Source of the DNA: the human T2T-CHM13v2.0 reference genome, Homo sapiens | Strand: one strand, 5' to 3' | Assembly (NCBI RefSeq): GCF_009914755.1 | Contig: NC_060930.1 | DNA: 64,000 nt | Part shown: positions 28,375 through 42,825 of the stretch, piece by piece | How positions within the stretch are numbered: position 1 is the first letter of the stretch | How the letters are laid out: each line of letters begins with the position of its first letter | Translations under genes and position numbers: made by a program | Notes under the pieces: generated by a model | Database searches by the model: none | Seen by the model: only the letters and a program-made list of their open reading frames with translations | Told to the model about the DNA's origin: nothing

Positions 28375-30310
28375 AATTCTCTCAATCACTTTCAAACTTC
28401 TTGGACTCAGGACTTTTCTTACAGTCTTAAAAATCCTTAAGGGCCTCACAAAGAGCTTGTGTGTGTGTGCGTGCATGCGCCTGAGTGTGCATATATACGA
28501 AATAAAATAAATTCATCACAATCGCCAAAACAAAAATTTAGCAATGCAAGTGGCATTGTTTTACATTTTTATAAATCTCTTTCTTATCTGGCTTAGTATG
28601 GGATTTTCATATCAGCTTTACATCCAGCATTTTGTGAAGTTCGCATTGTTTTGGTTCAAGTATATGGAAAAAAAAATCTCACCTCACATGTATCTAAATA
28701 CACAGTTGTAAAAGGGGAAGTATTTTCAAGGCCTTTCAGGATAATTGTGGATATTCTTCTTTGATACTATTTTAAAACTTAACAAGTGGTAGTTTCTTAA
28801 AGATTAGTTGCAAGGTGGAATCTGAAAGCAACTAAGGAACTTTTCATATTCTGTTACCTTAAAATCCGTTGGTCTCTCTTGTATAATTTTGTAATATGGT
28901 TCATCTAAAAAATATGGATCCCCTGCACTATATAGATCTTCCAAATGATGAAAAATGCCATTGTACAATACTGTAAAAATGACTTTCATTAACATTATTA
29001 CTGATCTCGTCAGAAAAATCTTTATGTATTGGGAAGCTATAAAGCTAACAGTGATGGATAAAAGCTTTCCAAAATTCTAGTCTTTTCTTCAAAACTCTAA
29101 GTTTATCATTGGCAATAAAGATAGTTCTCCTCCTTAAACTAACAGACTCATTTTCTTAATTTTCAAGAAAATATCTGTCACATCCTCAAGTTCAAGTAAT
29201 CAAGGCTTTTTTGTATGTTGTTCTTTTTTTAAACTTTCATTTTAGGTTCAGGAGTACATGTGCAGGTTTGTTATATAGGTAAATTTCATGTAGCAGGGGT
29301 TTGGTACAGATTATTTTGTCACCAAAATAATAATATAAGCATAAGGTAATAGGCATAGTACCCACAGTTTTCAGATCCTCACCCTCCTCCCAGCCTCTAC
29401 CCTTAAGTACTCCCCAGAGTCTGTTGTTCCCTTCTTTGCATCCATATGTACTCAATGTTTAGCTCCCACTTGTAAGTGAAAACGTATTTGGTTTTCTGTT
29501 ACTGTGTTAGTTTGCTTGGGATAATGACCTCCAGCTCCATCCATGTTGCTGCAAAGAACATAATCTTGTTCTTTTTAGTGGCTGCATAGTATTCCATGGT
29601 GTATATGTACCACATTTTCTTTATCCAGTCTACCCATTATTTAAAAAGTCAAAAAATAACAGATGCTGTTGAGGTTGTGGAGAAAAGGGAATGCTTCTAC
29701 ACTGCTAGTAGGAATGTAAATTGGTCCAGCCATTGTGGAAAGCAGTTTGCTGATTTCTCAAAGAACTCAAAGCAGAATTACCATTTGACCCACCAATCCC
29801 ATTATTGGGTATATACTCAAAGGAATATAAATAATTCTACTGTAAAGACAGTACTATAAAGACACATGCACGCATACATCTTTGTTCTCGCATGTAAAAA
29901 TGTCATGCCATTCAAACAGCAAGAGTCTTGCTCTCAACTGGGTCCCATGAGAACTTTTCCTGGGGGTGCCCATTGCACCCAGGTGGGCAACAGACATGCT
30001 TGGCACTGCCTCTGCTTCCCTCACACAAATTGGAAGAGCACCTGTCCTCCAGGGCTGAGAGGAAATGCCATCGATTATTTTTGCTCCTTCATCAGGGACA
30101 TTCTTTAGTGAAACTCATTTCTATTTGCTCATTGGTTTCCCAAGGGGCATGTGTGAGGAGATACAGAGACCACGCAGGCTGTCGCTGCTGCCAGTTTGGT
30201 TCCTGCCAAGATGCCCACAGTTTTGCACACACTGCGTTGGCACCATCAGTGTGATGGCAAAAAGGACAGAGTGTTGCTGGAGTCTGCAGACCACATTTTG
30301 AGAACCACAG
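28375..30310. mobile_element. Charlie1-type hAT transposon interrupted by L1
   Basis: Left CTCAGGAC...TCTTAAAAAT...CAAAGAGCTT; right end GACCACATTTTGAGAACCAC. Confidence 0.72.
29222..29877 (-). mobile_element. Old L1P (L1PA13-16/L1PB-like) 3' end with 5' inversion
   Basis: Minus-strand 3' UTR 29222-~29634, then plus-strand ORF2 C-terminal segment ~29634-29877. Confidence 0.85.
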
Positions 30311-30549
30311 CCACACAGGCAAAGCCCAGAGTGGTTTTGGTGAGAAAACAGAAACAGGAATGAATACTCAGCCCCGCGGTAGAACCTGTGCTGCAAGGGA
30401 GGTCGGGAGGCCTCAGTGATGGCTGGCAATTAAACCTGGATATACCACTTAACTCATGTAGGACGCAAGAAAACTGGAACAAATTAATCTTGCAGGTCAT
30501 GAACCCTTGCCTTCAAACTACCATGGTGAAAATCCAGTGATTTGAGAAT

Positions 30550-30789
30550 TTTTTTTTTTTACATTTAATTTTTCTTTTTTTTCTTTTTTTTTTCTTATTA
30601 TGCTTTAAGTTTTAGGGTACATGTGCGCAACGTGAAGGTTAGTTACATATGTATACATGTGCCATGTTGGTGTGCTGCACCCATTAACTTGTCATTTAAC
30701 ATTAGGTATATCTCCAATGCTATCCCTCCCCCCTCCCCTCACCCCACAATAGGCCCCGGTGTGTGATGTTCCCCTTCCTGTGTCCATGT
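30550..30789 (-). mobile_element. Short 5'-truncated young L1PA (PA2-4-like)
   Basis: Poly-T plus TTAAGTTTTAGGGTACATGTGC; 13-bp TSD GTGATTTGAGAAT at 30537-30549 and 30790-30802. Confidence 0.93.
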
Positions 30790-30999
30790 GTGATTTGAGA
30801 ATCTTAAAGCTCAAGTACACTAACCAGCAGGCCATATATTTCTGCTCTGCTTGGGTATTTTAGACTTCAAGACCCTCTTAAAAGCTGAGAAAGTTTAGAC
30901 TAAGGACTGTAGTCTACCTCTTACTGCACATTTTGCAACACAGATGCTGTTTACAGCACAGACCGGCCCCTAACTCAGTCAATAAGGGACCAATCTAAT

Positions 31000-31150
31000 G
31001 CTTCATAGCCTCTTTTCTCCCATCTATCAAGTGAGAAACTAACAATACCTATGTCCTAGGAATACTATAATGATTAAATGGGATAATGCATGACAAATGC
31101 TTAGCACGATACCTGCCACTTAGGGAGTGCCCTCTCATTGTTAGCTACTA
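31000..31150 (+). mobile_element. MIR fragment
   Basis: Core-like GATTAAATGGGATAATGCATGACAAATGCTTAGCAC. Confidence 0.65.
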
Positions 31151-31799
31151 CTGGGCATTTATTAAAGCAACTTTTACCAACTTCCTACATTTTTTTCTAA
31201 CGTTATGCAGAAGAGGATTTCACATTTTCCACCTCCCCACACTAACAAACAGAAGGAAAATGCCACCTGGAAAAATATGTGCTGATGCCAAGAAATAGAG
31301 CTGCATAATAGTGTTTAATGATGCCCAGTATAAAATACCAGACTGTGGGTTATGTAAACTCTGCTAACTTATTAGCAGGAGTGGCAGATAAAAGATCAAG
31401 GATGATTGATTCTTGTCTGGGACAAGGAAAAAGCCAAGATTTTCAAGTCCAACCATGTCAAACTATGACGATTATATGGGTGAACCTAATTTCCAAAGTA
31501 GTAGGCAGTGAGCAGGAAGGAGAAGAAGGGCTGGCGTGAGCGGAGAGGCAAGTGCTCCCAGCCTTCTCACCGTGGGAACATGCGATTCATCCCTGATGAA
31601 CCTTTTCCCACACAGATAATCACCCTCTTCTCTAAACATGTTCTAATCCATGTATATTTGGGTGGACCCTTGACAGACACACAGATCTCCAGAAATGGTG
31701 TTCACAACAAATGAATAGAAGCATCTTTGTGTCTACAACAGGAGGAAGAACAGAGGGTGGGAATTTATTAATTTATAATAAAATATGTGGGAGAGAATC

Positions 31800-32530
<731 letters not shown>

Positions 32531-33654
32531 CTCCAGGAAAACTTCCATTTTCGTTTTCATCATTGAACACACATTCCTCATGCACAGCCACCAAACTTAT
32601 GGTGACCTGAGCAGTATATAGTCACAAGGTCGCTTTGAGCATTTACTACCATTAAGTCCCTCTCATTCTCCAGACAACGGGATTATCATTTTCTTCCCCT
32701 TGAGGGCTCCTGTTATCACAGGTCCTTGCTTATCAGCAAGGAAGAGACAAGAACAAAGAAAAAGTGAAACTGGCATCTCTCACTTTGCCTACTCGCTAGA
32801 AATGCTGAGACTTTTGGGGTGGAAGAAATGGAAACAAATGAATAGTTTAAAATGAGGCTGGAGCTGCATTCATTCAACTGCATTTATTTTCCCTGTTTGA
32901 CTGAGACAGAATGACTTGAAGAAAACTGAGTCTCTGGAATTCACCATAAGATGAAGAAAAACCTGTTATGAAATCACACTGAGGCTTGTTACACTATTTA
33001 CTTTGCTTAGCCACCCTCCTATTTTGAGAACTCTAACTGTGTTCAGGTAAGCTCGATACATTTTGCTTAGTAAGACCAAAGTTTTGTAAATTAAATTTTT
33101 GGCAAAACAGGTGGGAGAATATTGCACTTTTTAGAGTTCACTCTTACTAAATTTTTCAACAGTGCCTGGGGCAAAAAAGACAAATACTCTCAGCTTTCTC
33201 AGAAGCCTTATTAAGGTTTGACATGCAGATATGCACATCGTGAGCTCTTAAGCACTTAATAAAACCTAAGCTAATTTTCCAAAACAAAGGATGAAGAGCA
33301 ATGTGTTCAGAGAGCATTAGAGTACATGGTGCAATCTCTTGGGATTAGGAAAGGGTCAAAACTTAGTTCCTTTTGCTTGGGGACTGGTTCATGAAGAAGG
33401 AAGGAGAAGCTCAAGAAAACATAAGGAAAAACCTTACAAGGGAATAATCTGACCCACAGGGATAGGGAGGAACGATGAATGTTGTCTGAAGAAAGAAGCA
33501 GAAGGGATAGATGAAAAGGCGAGGGGGATGATATCCCTCCTAAACTCACCAAGCTAAACAAAAGGAAAAGCAAATGAGAGGATGGACGAAACGGGAAATG
33601 CTGATAGAAGCATAAAATATCAGAGCATTTTCTCTGGCCTTGGCCAGAGAAACT

Positions 33655-34205
33655 TATATGTGGAATCTAAAAATGTTGAACTCATGGAAGCAGACAGTAG
33701 GATGTTTTCCAGGGGCTGGGGGATTGGGTCTAGGGGATGTTGTCAAAGGGTACACACTTGCAGTTACATACGGTGAATAAATTCTGGGGATCTATTATAC
33801 AGCAAGGCAACTATAGTTAATAATACTGTATCATATACTCGAAAATTGCTGAGAGTAGATCTTTAATGACAAATTTATTTGTTTTTAAGAGACAAATAAT
33901 AAATGTGTATATTTATGGGGGTATAACAATGTGATGTTTGATCTACATATACATTGTAGAAAGATTAAAACAAGATAATTAACCCATCACCTCACCGGCT
34001 TACCACTTTTTTATGAAATGTTAAGAAGAGAGTAGATCCTAAAAGTTCCCACCAGCAAAAAAATTGGTAAATATGTGAGGTGATGGATATATTAATTGGC
34101 TTGACTTAATCCTTTCACAATATATGCATATCTCAAAACATCACATTGTACACTGTAAATATATATAATTTGTATTAGTCAATTATGCCTTAATAAAGAT
34201 AAATA
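33655..34205 (+). mobile_element. L1MA/MB 3' end containing an antisense L1MA 3' fragment (~33866-34027)
   Basis: L1M 3' UTR text; direct repeat GAGAGTAGATC(T/C)T flanks the inverted piece. Confidence 0.8.
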
Positions 34206-35889
34206 AACCTGCAGCTTATATTACCAATTAATTACATTTTAATAGATGTTCTCACAATCTAAAAAACAAAGCAAAACCAAACAAAAAAAGGATATCAGGG
34301 TTGGAAGAAGCTAGAAATTATCTAGTAAGAACTTATTTTCCAACTGACGAAACTGAGATCAGAAAACTTTTGAGATTGTCCCGAGATCTTATAGTCAACG
34401 TAGTGCCCAAGCCAAGAGTAAAACCCAAGCTCTGAGAAGTTCTCTGTCCCTTTAAGACTGTGAATGGGTGAACTCCTCCAAGGAGAGCCCAAGGCAGAGG
34501 GATGGCTCGGGCTTCCTGCTGTGTGCGGGAGCAGTGAAATCACAGAGGTTGGGCACAGAGAGCAAGCCCCCTTGCCATGACGCTTTCATCTGGACAGCTT
34601 TGCTTTATGAAGACATGATCTCCCACAAGTCTGGCTTACCATCCTGAATTCCCAGTGCATTCTTCAAGCTCGAATCACAAATTTAGATTGCCTACTAGTA
34701 TGGCACCCAGAACAAGAGTCCATTGTCAGAACTCACTGGACAGTCATATGATCCCAGTTAATGCCAACAAGGCCCTTAGTGTGGAGGGAAGGCAGATGGG
34801 CCTCAGTCAGAAGGCCCCACATTCTGGCCCCAGGAAAAAAAGGAGAAACCAGGAGCCACATCCCATATTCTGAAGCAGCTGGAGTGAGTAACGGGACCCA
34901 CCCCACATAACAGGGAGCTTCGGACCCTAACAGAAGGGAGCTGAGCTCACCTCCTGTGAATGTCCCTCTCCTGTGGCCGGGTGGATGTGACTGACAGCTG
35001 TCACTCCCTTCCATGGGGCCAGCTCACAGCAAACGAGAACATTCCCTTCCTGATGAGCCCTACATAATTTTACATACTCTTCTGTTCTTTTTCTGTTCTT
35101 TTCCTTAACACGCAGCTGCCATGTCTTGAATGATTTACCTTTCAAGATTTACTTCAGTGACTACAGGGTCAATTTCCCTTTCAAGTTATATGCAGCTTTC
35201 AATTCTAAGCATTTAAAGAGGTGGGAGCTGAGGTTTTCAACTCAAGCATTAATGGAGTCAACTAATCCACATACGTATTATGTGATTTGTTAAATGCTTA
35301 AAGCCAACAGATTAATTTGTTTTCTCCCCTGAAATGCTGTGGATACTGTGTGCAAATATTATGCATGCAGAGGCTATCATTACACTGTTTAAATGTTTGC
35401 AATCTCTATTACTTAATTACTCTAAGTGATATTTATAGAGTATCTACTAATAGGTAAGGCATCTCGGGTAAAGCTGAAAAAAAAATACAGGAAAAAGATT
35501 GTATTGTCAGCATATCATTTTCTAAAGCCTCCCAGCCTTCTTGAGCCAGGTCTCTACTTACTATTTTTGGCCATCAGGTTGCAAATCTCCTTCCCCTGAA
35601 CCAAGTGCTACCTGGCAATCCTTCATTACTAGAGCTCGGAAAAGCCTAATGAATCAAAACAGCCGACGGGACGGAGGTAGCTAAGAGGCCAAGTCAGCCC
35701 TTCCAAAATTAAGCCTGTGGTTTCAGACACCTGGAGGTTTCTCAAGTTGTCTGAGACCACTGAGTCAGGAGGCCCACCCCTCTGGACTGTGTCATGTCTG
35801 GAAATGGAACCACCAGTGCGGTAGAGCTGGGGTCCATTCTGTAAACTTGCAGACAAATAGCCAGACAACAGCACCTGCCTGCCCCATCA

Positions 35890-36380
35890 CTGTTCATTCT
35901 CGCCATCTGCTGCTGCATAACAACCCAGGGGGCAGCTTGTGTGTCTCTCGTGGCTTTGTGCATGGACTGGGCTCACCCAGGCATTTCTCTGTTGGGATCT
36001 CTCATGTGGAGGCAGACACAGGTCAGCTCGGGCTTCAGCCATCTCAAGTCTCCATAGAGCTGGGCTGGCTCATTCACATGCTTGGCTGGGAGCTCAGCTG
36101 GGGCTGCTGACCAGATACCCTGCACCAGTAGGCCTCTGGGTTCTGAGACAGAGCTCCCAAGAGCAAGCATTCCAGTGAATCTAGGCAGTGCTATGCCACG
36201 GCCTTGAAGTCCCAGAATGTATTAATGCCACTACTTTCCATCAGCCAAGCACATTGCTAAGGCCAGGCTGGAAGCAAGGGGAGGGGAATCAGACTATTCC
36301 TCTTGATGTAAGGAGTGGGGTGCATGAGCAGGGAGAGGAGGCTTTGGTGGAGGCCAACTGTGCAGACTTCCCCACGGCCT
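35890..36380 (-). mobile_element. Old MLT1-type MaLR LTR
   Basis: GCTGCATAACAA...GGCTGGGAGCTCAGCTGGGGCTG typical of MLT1H/J class. Confidence 0.62.
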
Positions 36381-37899
36381 ATCTCCGTGGTCGGCTGACA
36401 TCTCTGAGAGCAGAGCAAGCTGGTATAGAATCCAATATCTTAGATCTAGCAGCCTTGAAGGCAATGTGCGCCAGCCATGCCCTCAAATATTTAAGGGGGT
36501 ATGATCTCCATTCCACACTTGCCATAAAATGAACCAATTCTCGGTCTCTGTAATCCCGAAAGCTGCCCCAGCTCTCCCCTCCCCTGCCCTCGAAAAGGAG
36601 AGCCCAGACAGTTACTGTTTCCCGTGATACTCTGTCTGGACTGAATTCATCTTGGGAAATGGTAACTCTGCTTTGAAAGTTAATAAAGGTGCTCTCTGAC
36701 AAGAAAAGTGTATCCAGAGAGGAACACTGGTCTCAACAACTGTGTGACTGCAATCCAGCCTTGGGCAAACAAAACCAGCCCCTGCGTGTGCCTGACTGGC
36801 AGATTGATGGAATGAGAGTTTCTCTCGTGGGGCCTCACTGGGAATGGACCCAACTCGAGGGGAAAGGCACACATGGCAAGGGCTAACACCCAGGGCTCTG
36901 CGGAAGCCTGTGCCATCCTTGTGTGCAGGGGAAGAGCGGAAAGAGGTCATGAGAGCAACTCCAGGCAGGCTGGACCCACCCAGCAGCTGGGGAGAGTGGA
37001 GCAGAGACAGCAGAGAATCCCAAGACCGAGCCATTGTTTCCCTTGGTTTTCTCTCAGTCCAGGAAAGCACACCTGCATCTTGGGTTTCCTGAAACACTAC
37101 AGGGGAATCTGACTTTAGGATCTATCCCCAAGGGCCCCAGCGAAGAGGCCCAGAAGTTAGTTCCTTTTTGTGCACCTGAAGCACAAAAGTTGTCACACTA
37201 TTCATTCAGTCTCTGAAATTATATTTTCTTTTCCTCAACAGCATAAGAACAGCATTAGGATAATAAGTTACCGATCCCCTTGACTCCCCAAAATCTCACA
37301 TCTCAATAACAACCTATTTTTTAGCACCTACATATGTCCACTTTGTTAGCTTTTTACTCATACTTTTTCTAGTATTCACCAAAGCTCTGCCAAATACTCA
37401 TCATTTGCCCCCATTTTAAAGGGGAGTTTAGGGACTTGCTCAAGGCAAGTCTTTCTATGTCTTTTCTAGGACAGCGCGATAGAAAGGCGGCCGGCGAAAG
37501 GGCTCCCAGGTTTCCACTCGGCTGGCTTTGTATGAGCAGCAGGACCCTTTTCTGGAACATCCTCCAGCATGGAAGTCTGAGGTGTACCAGCTGCTGTGGG
37601 TGAGGCTGAGGGTCCAGGGCCCAAGGGATGACCCGGTAGAGCGACTTAACATTACAGAGAGAACGTCTGCAGAGGCTTCAGCCATCGGAGAGCTTCTGCA
37701 CACTTTCATCCCTTCCCGCCGCGGGGGCTCTCCCACCAAGCCCTGCAGAAGGAGGGCCTCTTAGTTTCCCCACTTTGAATATTCATGACCCTCTAGTTGT
37801 TGCCCAGACCTGAAACACTTTTGAAAGGGAAAGGGGGAGGATGCTTTTGATCATTTTTAATTATTATGAATTACAATCATGATACCTTTTAAGATCATT

Positions 37900-38145
37900 A
37901 TACCAGAGCTCAAGAGATCTATTGTACATCATGGTGACTCTAGTGTATAGTAACACATAGTATATTCTTGAAAATTGTGAGAGAATAGATTTCAAGTGTT
38001 CTCATCACAAACAAGTGATAGGTAAAGTAATGCATACGTTAATTAAGTTGGTTTAGCCATTCTACAATGTACACATATATCAAAATGTCATGTTGTACAC
38101 CATAATAATATACGGTTTTTATTTTTTAATGAATTAAATAAATAA
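37900..38145 (+). mobile_element. L1MA 3' end, apparently inserted in a MER81-like element
   Basis: L1 3' UTR ending in an A-rich tail; MER81-like halves at ~37790-37845 and ~38147-38215. Confidence 0.7.
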
Positions 38146-38307
38146 GGCAATTATGCCAGGACAACAGGCATGATTTAGAACTCTCCTGAGCAAACCAGAA
38201 TGAAAATCTTACACTGACCAAGGAACAGAAGAGTTTTACCCATTGCAGAAATATTTATGTTTTCAGGGACAATCTGGAAGAGACATCGTCAAGGTGCACC
38301 CTCAGTG

Positions 38308-38784
38308 TCTGTGGAGGCTGAATAATGCCCTCCCCACCCAAGGATGCCCATGTTCTAATCTTCAGAACCCATGCATGTCACCTTCTATGACAAAAGGAAC
38401 TTCACACATGGGATGGAGTGAAGGGTCTGGAGATGGGGAGATGATCCCGGATGATCCAGGGAACCCCAGAGGTTACCACAAGGTCCTTACGAGAAGAAGG
38501 CAGGAGGGAGAAAATCAGAGAAGGAGCGGCAAGGACAAAGCGGGGTCAGGGTGAGGTGAGGAAGGGGCTGAGAGCCAAGGGGTGCAGGCATCTCTAGAAG
38601 CTGGACACGACAAGGGAACGGGTTCTCTTTGGGAGCCTCTAGAGGGAACCAGCCCTGCCCACACCTTGATTTCAGACTTTTGTCCTCCAGAACCGTAAGA
38701 GAGCAAATTCATCTTGTTTTAACCCACTAAATGTGTGGTAACTTGATACGATAGCAATATTGAATACAATACTGAAACTAATAC
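38308..38784 (+). mobile_element. MLT1C/D-type MaLR LTR
   Basis: TGTGGAGGCTGAATAATG...CCAGCCCTGCCCACACCTTGATTTCAGAC...AAACTAATACA. Confidence 0.8.
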
Positions 38785-38814
38785 AGTACTGTATCCAAAT
38801 AAAAAATGTTGGGG

Positions 38815-38968
38815 GTTTTGTTTTTTGTTTTTAGAGACAAGGTCTCGCTCTGTGGATCTGGCGTGCTCACAGCTGCCTGAAGCCTGGACCTCCCGGGCTC
38901 AAGCAATCCTCCCACCTCGGCCTCCCAAAGCGCTGGGATCACAGGCATATGCACCACCATGCCCAGCC
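38815..38968 (-). mobile_element. Monomeric/old Alu fragment (FLAM-like)
   Basis: TTTAGAGACAAGGTCTCGCTCTGT...CCATGCCCAGCC, one arm long. Confidence 0.75.
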
Positions 38969-39234
38969 CAGAATAACAAATGTTTTAAATCCACACTTTT
39001 CCGAATGAATTTGGGCAAGAGTCTAGGGCTTGGATTCTGCCCTGGAGTTAAACTTTCACTCCTTCAACAAAATATCCTTTTGTATTTAGGTCTTAGACGC
39101 AAAGCTTTAACTATAACTCCACCTTATAAATGTATCTGCATCCATGGATTCCCTATGAGCAAGAAAGCCTCATGCACACGAGATCAGCTTTCTAACGATA
39201 ACTGAGTAATTAATGAATTACAAGCAAAACAATG

Positions 39235-39640
39235 ACAGCAAACATTTATTAAACCCTACATGCTAAGGGCTGTTCTGTAGGCTTCACGTGAAGAAACATG
39301 TAATAACACCGTGGGGAGGGCAGAATTTTTATTCTCAGTTTACAGATGAGGAAACTGACGCAAACAGAGGCTAGATGTCTTCCTGTAACAAACCCACTTA
39401 CTGACAGTCTCCTCCAAGACACACCCCCACACACACCATTTGAACACAGAGATCCTAGCGAATGTGTCGTGACTGCCGCTGCCAGACACTGCTGAGAGTG
39501 CTCCAGATCAACTCACCCATTTAATCCTCAGGACAACCCATGAGGCGGTACTGTGATCGCCCCACTTTACAGATGAGAGGACAGACACACAGAGCCACGG
39601 AAACCAGCCCCGGGTCACACAGCTGGGAAGGGGCCGTGAC
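39235..39640 (-). mobile_element. Two MIR fragments
   Basis: TTTACAGATGAGGAAACTGA and CCCCACTTTACAGATGAG cores. Confidence 0.7.
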
Positions 39641-41308
39641 TTTCCTACTCAGGCCCGCGGCACACAGAGCCCCAGAGAAAGGCTCAGGAGAAGGGAGACG
39701 CGTGGGACTAATGGTCTTGGAAGCACAGCCGGGGTGACGGAAGGTAAGGTTCATTCCGAGACAGTTGCTGATGGGGTGTGTAGCTCACCCCAACCTGTCT
39801 GTACCCAGCAGGCTTCAGCCCCTGGCCTGGGAGGGGCCTGGGGGGAGATGGCTGACTATGGGTGGGCTACAGGAAGAACAACACCTTGGGTCTGGCAGTG
39901 GCAGTGGCACAGAGAGCTGCCATTCGCCTCTGAGGACCATGGAGGCCAGAAAAATAGCTGTGGGGCCTATGAAAAAAGCCACCAGGGTGGCAGCGGGAAC
40001 AGCAAATGCAGACTGGCTGGATGGGGCCAGAGAGAGGAGCCCCGCACGAGCCTGGAGGCCCCCAAGCTCTGACAGTCCCTGCGGCTCCAGGGTGCTCCAT
40101 GGGCAGGGCTCCAGGGTCAGAGCCTCATGCCATCTCGGTCCCTATGGGCTGCTCAGCTGAAAATACAGGGCAGCTAGAGAGCTACTGGTCAAGCAGCCTA
40201 AAGCCCTCTCTCCATAGGTTCAGGATGGCCCCTCAGGAGACCTGAGCTCTCGCCCAAGAATGCTGGGGCAGCTGGATACCTCTTCCAGGCCTCAGATACC
40301 TCATTTGTTAAATGGGGGAGTCAGACAAAACCATCTCTGAACTCCTTCTAACTATAACATGTGTGGTCTGAAATTTTTAAAAAGGGAAAGGCAACGAAAG
40401 CAGAGAAGAGGTGAAGACAGGAGGGGAAAAAAGAACAGAGAAAACTCTCTGTGTGCTGGGGGACTGCGTTCCTTCCAGCTCTGATGTACTTATCTCTGTC
40501 CATAAAGAGAAATCCCTCCCCATCATACTGTTGGCTTTTGGCCCTTCGTCTGCATTACCAAACCTCGTTCTTACTGCATCTGTGCTTCTATTATGAGTGG
40601 CGTCCTTCCATCTTGAAGTAGGCAGGGTATAAACAAATGAAACCAGGGATCCCAATTACCTCACTTGTCTGTGTTCAACGGCCGAGGCACAGAGAGCCGA
40701 AAATGCAAGAACACGGTAGCTAGGAGGGACCGATTCTCATGCAGGGACAACAGTGCCAGCCCCAGGCAGTGTCACAGGTGCTGGGTTGGGGTCTGGGCTG
40801 AGAATCTGGGTCTCATCAGTGACATCAACATGGATCATGCCACCAGCAGTGACAGCATCTTCATGCAGCCAGAAGCCGCTGACTCTACGAAGAATGGAAG
40901 ACGGCCTTGAGTGCTTTCCAGGTACTGGCACATTGCCAAGGCCTCTCACGTCCCCCTTCCTGCCTGAAAATCCACTGTTCATGTGCTACTTCTGCCGGAG
41001 GTTTAGATAAGAGGAGGGAGTACACAGTTTTCTGAAGGTAAGGGGCACCATCCTGGGACCTTCCACATACTCCTCAGTGAGCAATAGTGCACCCTAGGTT
41101 TGAACTGAGGAGACAGGGAGACTTGAGGCAGATCAGGGCTTCTGGACCGTGGTTCAATTTGCTGCCCAGGTCCATCCGGGGGCAGCATCCCTGGCACCAT
41201 TTGCTTTTACCTAATAATCCAACACACGCACTAAAGAAAGGAGGGAAGTCACCCCTGCTTCCATCTCTCATCTACTGCATTCATGGCCCATCCCAACTTT
41301 ACAACTTT

Positions 41309-41605
<297 letters not shown>

Positions 41606-41976
41606 TACAACTTTCTAAGGGAAGGTATCCCACCATTGGGTGAAGTCTGGTCCCAATAATCAGAAAACAGAAATCACTCAAAAGCAAAGAGGTCCTACCT
41701 GCCATGTAGGTGATCACACTTTGACATTTCTTTCTGCCTCTACCCATACAGGTTTGAACTTCACTAAGGAAAAAGAATAGCCTGTACAAATGTCAAAGCC
41801 CGAAGTGAAAACTGAAGTCCTCAGCATAAGCAGGAACCATTCCCAGATGGGAGGGAAAGTGCCTAGGAAGTTGCTGAGTCCACACTCAAGTTGTTGTTTG
41901 ATAAGTTTTACAAAATGACAAAGATTGGGCCATAGACAGACATATTTGATGTACATTCTGGTATCTGCAGATTTGA

Positions 41977-42342
<366 letters not shown>

Positions 42343-42825
42343 TGGTATTTGCATATTTGATCAGGTATATAATTTTTAAGCCATTTTGATTATGAGAGTA
42401 CAGGAAAAACATAAACTATACTCTGGAAATGTATATGTGTATATTCCATACATACACCCCATATGCATCCCACATGTAGATTCCATGTATACTCCATGTA
42501 CATATGACAAAAGAGCTGATGTATCAAAACTTCTTTTGAGATGGCTAGATTTATTTTTCTATATTTTAAGTTTACAAAATGCCTTTGTTTGTTGGATTTT
42601 TCATAAACTGGCTCCTTGCCTGAGCCGTGTGTGGAAGAGTTCTTTTAATTTCATAGCTTCTAAATGTTAGCTTCTAAATAAATGTTGGCTACATGAAAGA
42701 GGGGTCCTTTATAAATCCACGAACAAATATCAAAGTGTAGGAAACAAAACACACCTTTGAATTTTATTTCATCTTTCTCTTGCAAGTTTCGATCCAGGAA
42801 AGGAACCCTGTGCAGTCTGATTTTT

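Noticed and set aside
39978-39995. CTCF-like GCCACCAGGGTGGCAG
   Set aside because: An extra G breaks the CCASYAGRKGGC spacing.
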